Shown: positions 20,382-27,912 of the stretch, in pieces
Position numbering within the stretch: the first letter of the stretch is position 1
Layout: each line of letters starts with the position of its first letter
Assembly (NCBI GenBank): GCA_965221325.1
Contig: OZ244880.1
Strand: one strand, 5' to 3'
DNA from: Candidatus Foliamicus sp.
GTDB taxonomy: Bacteria > Pseudomonadota > Gammaproteobacteria > Steroidobacterales > Foliamicaceae
DNA length: 64,000 bases
Notes under the pieces: model-generated
Databases searched by the model: none
The model's input: only the letters and a program-made list of their open reading frames with translations
What the model was told of the DNA's origin: nothing
Program-made: the position numbers and the translations under genes

Positions 20382-21488
20382 ATGTTTTCTAGCACCGAGG
20401 AAATCATTGCGGAAATCGCGGCCGGGCGCATGGTGATCATCGTCGATGACGAGCGCCGCGAGAACGAGGGCGACCTGGTCATGGCGGCCTGTCAGGTTAC
20501 GCCCGAAGACATCAACTACATGACACTGCACGGCCGCGGTCTCATTTGCCTGACGCTGACTCCGGAACACTGTCGCCAGCTACGTTTGCCGCTGATGGTG
20601 GCGGATACCAACGTACAGAGGGGCACCAACTTCACGCTGTCCATAGAGGCCGCCGAAGGCGTCACTACCGGAATTTCCGCCCACGACCGCGCCCGCACCA
20701 TCCGCGTAGCCGCGGAACCGGGCGCCCGCGCCGAAGATCTGCGTCAGCCGGGCCACGTGTTTCCGGTCATGGCGCAGCCCGGCGGAGTCCTGAACCGGGC
20801 GGGACACACCGAAGCAGGCTGCGATCTTGCGCGGCTGGCCGGTTTGCCGCCTTCGGCAGCGATCGTGGAGATACTCAACGAGGACGGGAGCATGGCGCGG
20901 CGGCCGCAATTGGAAAAATTCGCGGCCGAGAGAGACCTGAAGATCGGCAGCATTGCCGACCTGATTCGCTACCGTCTGGCCAAGGACAAGTTCGTGGAGC
21001 GGCTGAAAGAGCGCAGGGCGCACACCCGCTTCGGGCCCTGCCGGTTGGTTTCCTACGAAGATCAGGTGGCTCGCAGCGTGCACCTGGCGTTCGTGCATGG
21101 CGATCTGCAGCAGGCGGACGCTCCCTTGGTGCGGGTTCACGCGCGCAACACGCTGCGCGACTCGGCGGGCGTTCAGGCCGATCTGGGCTGGCCTTTCGAC
21201 GCCGCGCTGAAAGAAGTATTTGCCGCCGATGCGGGCGTGGCGGTGCTGCTCTGCTATGACGAGTCGCCGCGTAGCATGATGGCGGCGATTGACGCGCTCA
21301 ACGGCAAACCGAAGAAAGCCGAAGAGGCGACGGAAGCGGCCACCGACTTGCGCACCATCGGAGTGGGAGCGCAGATCCTGCGCGATCTGGGCGTTACACG
21401 GATGCGGGTTCTGGGCGCCCGCCGCAACATTCATGCGCTTTCGGGCTTTGGCCTGGAAGTGGTTGATTTCGTGGACTCCGGAGACTAA
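20382..21488 (+). CDS. ribB: 3,4-dihydroxy-2-butanone-4-phosphate synthase with a GTP-cyclohydrolase-II-like C-terminal domain
   Basis: The DHBPS motif DDERRENEGDLVMAA is present. The C-terminal domain reads VRVHARNTLRDSAG where active GCH-II enzymes have a Cys-containing HSECLTGD-type zinc site. It is therefore probably catalytically degenerate. Confidence 0.9.
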   Translation: MFSSTEEIIAEIAAGRMVIIVDDERRENEGDLVMAACQVTPEDINYMTLHGRGLICLTLTPEHCRQLRLPLMVADTNVQRGTNFTLSIEAAEGVTTGISAHDRARTIRVAAEPGARAEDLRQPGHVFPVMAQPGGVLNRAGHTEAGCDLARLAGLPPSAAIVEILNEDGSMARRPQLEKFAAERDLKIGSIADLIRYRLAKDKFVERLKERRAHTRFGPCRLVSYEDQVARSVHLAFVHGDLQQADAPLVRVHARNTLRDSAGVQADLGWPFDAALKEVFAADAGVAVLLCYDESPRSMMAAIDALNGKPKKAEEATEAATDLRTIGVGAQILRDLGVTRMRVLGARRNIHALSGFGLEVVDFVDSGD

Positions 21489-21492
21489 GCGC

Positions 21493-21939
21493 ATGGTGCT
21501 CGAAACGGCAAGCCTGAAAGTGCTGCTGGTGGCGGCGGACTATTACGACGAGCTGACTGCGCGGCTTGAGCAAGGCGCCCGCGAGGCGTTTATGGCTGGC
21601 GGAATTTCGGAACGCCGCATCGTGATGCGGCGGGTACCGGGTTGCTGGGAGCTGCCGCTGGCAACGCAACGACTGATTCGGCGGCACTCGCCGGACGCCG
21701 CTGTTGCCTTGGGCGTGTTGATCCGCGGAGAGACTGACCACTACGCGCATATCGCCCGCGAGTGCTGCGCTGGCCTGATGCGTGTTGGGCTGGAGGAAGG
21801 CATCGCGATTGGTCTGGGGGTCCTGACTTGCGACAGCTTTTCGCAGGCCGAAGCGCGTTGCAGCCTGTCGTCCGGCAAGCAAAACAAGGGTGCGGAGGCC
21901 GCGCGGGCCGTCCTGCGCATGCTTTCAGCCGATTCCTGA
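21493..21939 (+). CDS. ribH: 6,7-dimethyl-8-ribityllumazine synthase
   Basis: It has the right size (148 aa) and position in the rib operon. It contains VPGCWELPLA and VIRGETDHYAHI motifs. The ATG at 21493 follows the ribB stop. Confidence 0.92.
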   Translation: MVLETASLKVLLVAADYYDELTARLEQGAREAFMAGGISERRIVMRRVPGCWELPLATQRLIRRHSPDAAVALGVLIRGETDHYAHIARECCAGLMRVGLEEGIAIGLGVLTCDSFSQAEARCSLSSGKQNKGAEAARAVLRMLSADS

Positions 21940-21942
21940 GCG

Positions 21943-22383
21943 GTGCGCTGGAACCGCCGCCGCCGGGCCCGCCGGCTACTGGTGCAGGCTTTGTACCAGC
22001 GGCAGTTGACCGGGGACGCGGCGGCGGAGATCGAAGAACAATTCACGCGGCGCAAGGGATATGCGCAGGCGGACGGCGATTACTTTGTCAACGTTCTGCG
22101 CGACGTCTGCCGGCGCACTGAAGAATTGGACCGCGGAATAGCGGCGGCCAGCGACATTTCCCCGGAGCGAATCGACCCCGTAGAGCGGGCCATCCTCTGG
22201 AGCGCCATCGCCGAGATGGAAACGCAGGGAGTCGGAGATGCGGTCACGATCAACGAAGCGATCGACCTGGCCCGCGAGTTTGGCGCGGAGCACAGCTACC
22301 GTTTCGTGAATGCGGTCCTGGACCGCTGGGCCAAAGCGCAACGGGGGGGCCGTGATACGCGGGACTCGGGCAATGGTGGATGA
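21943..22383 (+). CDS. nusB: Transcription antitermination factor NusB
   Basis: It contains RRRARRLLVQALYQ and the C-terminal FVNAVLD motif. The order ribH-nusB-thiL-pgpA is conserved. Confidence 0.93.
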   Translation: MRWNRRRRARRLLVQALYQRQLTGDAAAEIEEQFTRRKGYAQADGDYFVNVLRDVCRRTEELDRGIAAASDISPERIDPVERAILWSAIAEMETQGVGDAVTINEAIDLAREFGAEHSYRFVNAVLDRWAKAQRGGRDTRDSGNGG

Positions 22384-23365
22384 GCAATCGACGGAAGACC
22401 GGTTGATAGCGTCATTGTTTGCGCGTCATGCGGCCGATGGCGCAACCGTTCTCACCGGTCCCGGTGACGATGCGGCCGTTGTGCGCTGCCCGCCGGGCGA
22501 GGCGCTTGCGATCACCACCGACACGCTCAACGAAGGCGTTCACTTTCCGGCGGGCGCTCCGGCGCGTTCGATCGGCCACCGGGCGCTGGCAGTAAGCCTG
22601 AGCGACCTTGCAGCCATGGGAGCTCGCCCGCTTTGGGCGGTGGTCACCCTGTCGGTGCCGAGAGTGGACGAAAGTTGGTTGGAAGCGTTTGCCGATGGCC
22701 TGTTCGCGTTAGCTGAGCAATCGCGCATTCGCGTGGTGGGCGGGGATTTTGCGCGTGGGCCGCTCAACGTGACGGTAACGGCGCACGGCGCCGCCAAGCT
22801 GAAGCACATCCATCGCCGCATGGGAGCGCATCCCGGCGATGGCATCTGGGTTTCAGGTTACCTCGGCGATGCGGCAGCCGGCCTGGAGCTGCTGCAGGAG
22901 CGCCTGAAGTCGGTTGCGCCCGTGCCAAGCGGGAACGCCGTTGCCGCAGAGGAAGCCTTGATTGAGCGTTTCTGCTACCCGCGTCCGCGCCTGAAGCTGG
23001 GCGCGGAACTTGCCGGTATCGCCAGCGCCTGCATGGACATCTCCGATGGTCTCGCGGTGGATCTGCCGCGTCTGCTGCGCGCCAACCGGCTGGCCGGACG
23101 CCTGTGTGTGGAAAAATTGCCGATTTCCCGTGAGTTGAAGGGGTTCGCCGACGCTGCCGAGGCCAGGCGCCTGAGCATGAGCGGGGGCGATGACTACGAG
23201 CTCTGCTTTACCGCGGCGCGCGCCGACGCTCAGCGGCTCAAGAAGCTATCCGCGCGGCATTGCTTGACCCGGGTGGGTGAGGTGCGGGCGGGGGAGGGGC
23301 TTGAAATCACCTTTCGCGGTCATCCCTGGAGTGCTTCGAAAGGGGGCTATGCGCATTTTCCATGA
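22373..23365 (+). CDS. thiL: Thiamine-monophosphate kinase
   Basis: It has the AIR-synthase-like fold motifs GPGDDAAV, TTDTLNEGVHF and DISDGL. The ATG at 22373 overlaps the nusB stop region. Confidence 0.9.
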   Translation: MVDEQSTEDRLIASLFARHAADGATVLTGPGDDAAVVRCPPGEALAITTDTLNEGVHFPAGAPARSIGHRALAVSLSDLAAMGARPLWAVVTLSVPRVDESWLEAFADGLFALAEQSRIRVVGGDFARGPLNVTVTAHGAAKLKHIHRRMGAHPGDGIWVSGYLGDAAAGLELLQERLKSVAPVPSGNAVAAEEALIERFCYPRPRLKLGAELAGIASACMDISDGLAVDLPRLLRANRLAGRLCVEKLPISRELKGFADAAEARRLSMSGGDDYELCFTAARADAQRLKKLSARHCLTRVGEVRAGEGLEITFRGHPWSASKGGYAHFP

Positions 23366-23823
23366 GCAGCCGGGCGCTTCGTTGGACTGCTTCCGGCCTG
23401 GGCTTGGGCTATCTGCCCGTGGCGCCCGGCACCTGGGGCAGTTTGGGAGGGATTGCACTGTGGTGGTTCACGCTTCCCTTGGGCATCTGGATTCAGGTAA
23501 TGCTGTTGGCGCTCGTTGTGGGTCCGGCGGCTTGGGTATGCGGCGCCTGCGCGCAACAGTCCGGCCGGTCCGATCCTTCCTTCATTGTGCTCGACGAGAT
23601 ATTGGGCATGTACCTGGCCTTGCTGTTCCTTGCGCCATCCTGGATAGGGGCAGGCGCGGCCTTCGCCGTGTTTCGAGTGCTGGATATCCTCAAACCCTGG
23701 CCTGTCAGCCAAATGGAAACACGTTTTCGCGCAGGCCCCGCAATTTTGCTGGATGACTTGGTTGCGGGTGCGTTAGCAGGCAGTATAGTTCTATTTATTC
23801 AGTATATAACAAGAAATATATAA
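23362..23823 (+). CDS. pgpA: Phosphatidylglycerophosphatase A
   Basis: It contains GLGYLPVAPGTWGSL, DEILGM, FRVLDILKPWP and LDDLVAG, which together are the PgpA signature. Confidence 0.9.
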   Translation: MSSRALRWTASGLGLGYLPVAPGTWGSLGGIALWWFTLPLGIWIQVMLLALVVGPAAWVCGACAQQSGRSDPSFIVLDEILGMYLALLFLAPSWIGAGAAFAVFRVLDILKPWPVSQMETRFRAGPAILLDDLVAGALAGSIVLFIQYITRNI

Positions 23824-23825
23824 AT

Positions 23826-25043
23826 ATGATGTCAGGTATTAGACTAGGACCGGTTATCGCCATTGTCACGGCAATCCACGCATTGAGCCCACTGGCCCTG
23901 CAGATCTTCGTGCCCGCGCTGCCGGCCATACGGACAAGTTTCTCCGCGCACGTGGCCGACACGCAGTGGGTCATTTCCGGTTTCTCGGTGGCGCTCGCCG
24001 TGTCGATGCTGGTCTATGGACCCATCTCTGATCGCTATGGCCGGCGCCGGGTAGTGCTGGTGGGACTCGCGCTGTTCTGCTTGGGGTCCGCTGTTTGCTA
24101 TTGGGCGGATTCGCTGTCCGTCCTGATCCTCGGACGAGTCGTTCAAGCCATTGGCGTAGCGGCTGGCTCGACTATGGCGCGCGCGGTGGCTGCAGACGTG
24201 ACGCCACCAGAGAAGTTGGCGCGAACGGTAAGTTTCATGACGATGGCGCTGGTGGTGGGCCCCATGCTGGCCCCTGTTATCGCCGGCTATCTGGTGTCGG
24301 CGGCAAGCTGGCGGGGTATTCCGCTGCTGTTGGGGATCTGTTCCGCGCTGCTGTTGCTCATGGCGGTGAAGTGGATGCCGGAAACGCACGGCGCCGCCGC
24401 CCGCAGCAAGCCTGAGCCAACCCATGCCGCGGGAGTGTCAAGCCGGCGTTCCCCGTTTATGGGTGCCTGGTTCCTGGGACACATGGCGCTGCTGACCGCC
24501 ATACAAGTGGGTGTTTACGGGTTTCTTTCGGCGTCGCCGTACCTGGTGATCGATCTGCTCGGCTATGCGCCCTATCAATTCGGCTACGTATTCATATATC
24601 TGACCTGCGGGTATCTGCTCGGCAATGCCTTTTCGGGTTGGGAGCGCCTGAAGGGGCCGGCTTTGCTTGCCTGCGCGGTTGGCTGCTACGCCGTCGGCGG
24701 GGCCGTGATGCTCGGCTTGGCATTGGGCGGCGTGGTCAATCTCTACTCGATAGTCGCCCCCGCCATGCTGCTGACCTTCGCCAACGGTATTTCGCAGCCG
24801 CAGTGCATGGCGGCGGCGATTTCCGCCGCGCCGGAGCGCCGCGGAGCGGCATCCAGCGTGGTGGGGTTCTCGCAGATCATGGCCGGCGGCGTGGGATTCC
24901 AGGTTATGGGATGGCTGCCTGGGGATTCGCCAATACCCATGACCGCATTGATCTGTGTCTGCGCGTTGATCAGCGCGGGCGGCGTTGTGGCGATTTACCT
25001 GAAACCCAGCCCCGCGGCTGCTGCCGCGATGTCGTCGGATTGA
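23826..25043 (+). CDS. MFS transporter (Bcr/CflA-like drug resistance subfamily)
   Basis: It has 12 predicted TM segments and the GPISDRYGRRRV motif between TM2 and TM3. Confidence 0.85.
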   Translation: MMSGIRLGPVIAIVTAIHALSPLALQIFVPALPAIRTSFSAHVADTQWVISGFSVALAVSMLVYGPISDRYGRRRVVLVGLALFCLGSAVCYWADSLSVLILGRVVQAIGVAAGSTMARAVAADVTPPEKLARTVSFMTMALVVGPMLAPVIAGYLVSAASWRGIPLLLGICSALLLLMAVKWMPETHGAAARSKPEPTHAAGVSSRRSPFMGAWFLGHMALLTAIQVGVYGFLSASPYLVIDLLGYAPYQFGYVFIYLTCGYLLGNAFSGWERLKGPALLACAVGCYAVGGAVMLGLALGGVVNLYSIVAPAMLLTFANGISQPQCMAAAISAAPERRGAASSVVGFSQIMAGGVGFQVMGWLPGDSPIPMTALICVCALISAGGVVAIYLKPSPAAAAAMSSD

Positions 25044-25049
25044 TTTGCT

Positions 25050-27008
25050 TCATGCGAGTTCCTCCTCCAGGTGGGCGAAGAAATCGAGACTCTCGGGATT
25101 GGCCAGTGCGTCGCGGTTCGCGGCGGAACGCCCATGAATCAGCTCTCGCACAGCCAGTTCGCTGATTTTGCCGCTCAACGTGCGCGGCAAGTCGGGAGCG
25201 ACGATGATTTTCGCCGGAACATGCCGGGGGCTGGCCTGCCGGCGTAGCGCGCTTCGCACTTTATCTTTCAGCGTATCAATCGATTCCGCGTCGTTCTTGA
25301 GACGCAGGAACAGGATGACGCGCGTATCGCCCTGGTGTTGCTGCGCTACGGCCAGCGCCTCCTCAACCTCTTCCAGCGCTTCCACCACCCGGTAGATTTC
25401 TGCTGTACCGATGCGAATCCCGCGTGGGTTCAGCACGGTGTCGGAGCGGCCGTGAATGATGAGGCCGCCCCGCGAAGTGATTTCAGCAAGATCCCCGTGT
25501 GTCCAGACGTCCGGGAAATGCGCGAAATAAGCGTCATGGTATTTCTCGCCACGCGGGTCGTTCAGGAAACCCAGCGGCATCGACGGGAAAGGCCGTGTGC
25601 AGACCAGTTCGCCGGCGCGTTCTCGCAGCGGGCGGCCATCGCTGTCGAAAACTTCCACCGCCATGCCCAGCGCGCGGCATTGCATTTCACCTCGGTACAC
25701 CCCGAGCATGGGATTTCCGGTGGCGAAGCAGCCCAGCAGGTCCGTGCCTCCGGCAATGGAAGCCAGCATGATGTCCTGGGCAATTTCGCGGTATGCATAG
25801 TCGTAGCTTTGCGGCGCAAGCGGGGAGCCGGTCGAGAGCACGGTATGCAGCGCGGACAGATCACACTCCGCGCCGGGCCGCTGACCGGCAATTTCCAAAG
25901 CCTTGAGGTAGGCGGCGCTGGTGCCGAAAATCGTGATGCGCTCCTCTTCGGCCATCTTCCACAAGGCGGACGGCGAAGGAGACAGTGGCGAACCTTCGTA
26001 AAGCACCAGCGTGGCGCCGGCGGCAAGACCGCTCACCAGCCAATTCCACATCATCCAGCCGCAGGTCGTCAGGTAGTAGATCGTGTCTTCGGCGGTCAAC
26101 CCGATATGCAGACGGTGTTCCTTGGCATGCTGCAGCAGTACGCCCCCGGCGCGGTGCATGATGCACTTGGGCGCGCCCGTGGTGCCGGACGAAAACACCG
26201 CGTAGAGGGGATGATCGAAGCTCAGCGGTTCGAAATGCAGCGGTCCGGGAGTGCCGAACTCGTGGAACGGCGCAATATTCGCATCCGAGGTCGTAGAGCG
26301 ACCGGTGCCGAGGGTCGGCACCAGCACCGTGGCGAGCAACTCCGGCAACCCATTGCGGATTTCCTCCAGTTCACGCCGGCGGTCCTGCGGACGCCCCCGG
26401 AAATAGTAGCCATCGGCAGCCAGCAATACCTTGGGGCGCAGCGCACCGAAGCGTTCCAGAACCGCCTCCACACCGAAGTCCTGCGAGCAGGAAGCGAATA
26501 CCGCGCCGATGCTGGCTGCAGCCAGCATTAACACTACGGTTTCCGGCATGTTCGGCATCCAGGCCACCACGCTATCGCCCTTTTGCACCCCAAGCTCGGA
26601 CAGACCGCGGGCAATGCGCGCGACTTCCTCGCGAAGCTGTCCGTAGCGCAGCTCCTTGCGTTCCCCCCGTTCCCCGCGATATATGATCGCGACGTGCGAG
26701 TCGCTCTGCCAGAGCAGGTTTTCGGCGAAATTCAGGCGCGCGCCGGCGAACCACACGGCGTCCTGCAGTCGCTCTCCCTCGGCGAATGTGGCGGTTGGCG
26801 GCGCGCTTGCCCTGATTTCGCAAAAGTGCCAAAGCCGGCCCCAGAAATCCTCGGGCTCCTGAATCGACCAGCGATGCAGGGCAGGGTAGTCCGAAAATCC
26901 CGCTTCCCGCATGAAACGCCACATGGCACTGCCCCGCGCCCGTTCGGGCGCGGGTTGCCATAAGCACGCGTTCAAGAAAGTCGAAGAGGTGTTGTTGTTC
27001 TGTCGCAT
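25050..27008 (-). CDS. Acetoacetyl-CoA synthetase (acetoacetate-CoA ligase)
   Basis: The AMP-binding motif FSSGTTGAPKCIMH is present, with an N-terminal LWQP...MWRFM...WSIQEPEDFW region typical of AACS. The start is taken at MRQNNN (27008). The tracked ORF extension to 27101 overlaps the neighbouring gene. Confidence 0.88.
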   Translation of the reverse strand: MRQNNNTSSTFLNACLWQPAPERARGSAMWRFMREAGFSDYPALHRWSIQEPEDFWGRLWHFCEIRASAPPTATFAEGERLQDAVWFAGARLNFAENLLWQSDSHVAIIYRGERGERKELRYGQLREEVARIARGLSELGVQKGDSVVAWMPNMPETVVLMLAAASIGAVFASCSQDFGVEAVLERFGALRPKVLLAADGYYFRGRPQDRRRELEEIRNGLPELLATVLVPTLGTGRSTTSDANIAPFHEFGTPGPLHFEPLSFDHPLYAVFSSGTTGAPKCIMHRAGGVLLQHAKEHRLHIGLTAEDTIYYLTTCGWMMWNWLVSGLAAGATLVLYEGSPLSPSPSALWKMAEEERITIFGTSAAYLKALEIAGQRPGAECDLSALHTVLSTGSPLAPQSYDYAYREIAQDIMLASIAGGTDLLGCFATGNPMLGVYRGEMQCRALGMAVEVFDSDGRPLRERAGELVCTRPFPSMPLGFLNDPRGEKYHDAYFAHFPDVWTHGDLAEITSRGGLIIHGRSDTVLNPRGIRIGTAEIYRVVEALEEVEEALAVAQQHQGDTRVILFLRLKNDAESIDTLKDKVRSALRRQASPRHVPAKIIVAPDLPRTLSGKISELAVRELIHGRSAANRDALANPESLDFFAHLEEELA

Positions 27009-27060
27009 GGCTCGAATCTGCCAAAATCCGGAGCCTTCGGGAAACCCTGTCTGGCTTAGA

Positions 27061-27882
27061 TCAACTTGGACGTATGCACCGCAACTCGACCACGTAGTCA
27101 CTCGATGGAGAAGGTGGGTTTATGTGGTCGGAATACGGGTCGTCGTCTGGATTAGCCGCATATGCCTCTACGGCACTGATATCCAGGATGCTCGCAACAA
27201 GCTCATTGGTGCCGCCGATGTATGTTGATTGAAGGCTGATTTCGGTTGCGATGCACCAGCTCCTATCTTCCGGCCAAATGAGGTTGGCCGATTGATGCAC
27301 GTCGGCATCGAAAAATGAACATTTCATCGCGCCTAATGGCCCTTGAAACAGGTGCCATGCTCTATGTCCGTGTATTCCGAAAGCTTGCGGTTCCTCAAGG
27401 CCTGGTTTGTAATCCCAGCCGAAACCTTCCCAGACACCAAACCAGCATGTGCTGGAATGTTGTGTGAAATGTTCAAGTTTCTCCAGGAGGCTATGTGCTA
27501 CCACTGGAGTTAACGTGCCCTCTTGCGGCACGTCAATGACTTTGTAGCCACCTCTTGCCAGCAACTCGACCACATCCCAATCCATTATTGGGAGCATTGA
27601 GACATTGGGCCACTGCATCATCCGATGAGCAGTTCGTCCCCTCCGGGTTGCCACTTCCGCCCAGGCGAGCGGCTCTTTGGTGAGCTGGCCATCTTGAAAT
27701 GTCCATAACCACGCCGGGTGCAATATCCTGGCGTAGGCTTGGAAGCCGCTGGGGACAATCGAACATACGCCCTTGCCAACTAGGCCATCAATGACCCACT
27801 GCGCCGACTCTATCTCCCTTGCAGCTTGGACACCGTCCATGTTGCCCTTGCCAAAGCGAGCGGCATCAGTCCGAATCAACAA
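27061..27882 (-). CDS. Hypothetical protein (273 aa), compositionally atypical orphan
   Basis: It is a clear ORF in a local dip to about 50% GC. It is Trp-rich (WFGVWEGFGWDY, IWPEDRSWCIATE). I can assign no domain. Confidence 0.55.
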   Translation of the reverse strand: MLIRTDAARFGKGNMDGVQAAREIESAQWVIDGLVGKGVCSIVPSGFQAYARILHPAWLWTFQDGQLTKEPLAWAEVATRRGRTAHRMMQWPNVSMLPIMDWDVVELLARGGYKVIDVPQEGTLTPVVAHSLLEKLEHFTQHSSTCWFGVWEGFGWDYKPGLEEPQAFGIHGHRAWHLFQGPLGAMKCSFFDADVHQSANLIWPEDRSWCIATEISLQSTYIGGTNELVASILDISAVEAYAANPDDDPYSDHINPPSPSSDYVVELRCIRPS

Positions 27883-27912
27883 ACTTCAACTGAAAACAAT
27901 ATTCTTGCCGCG

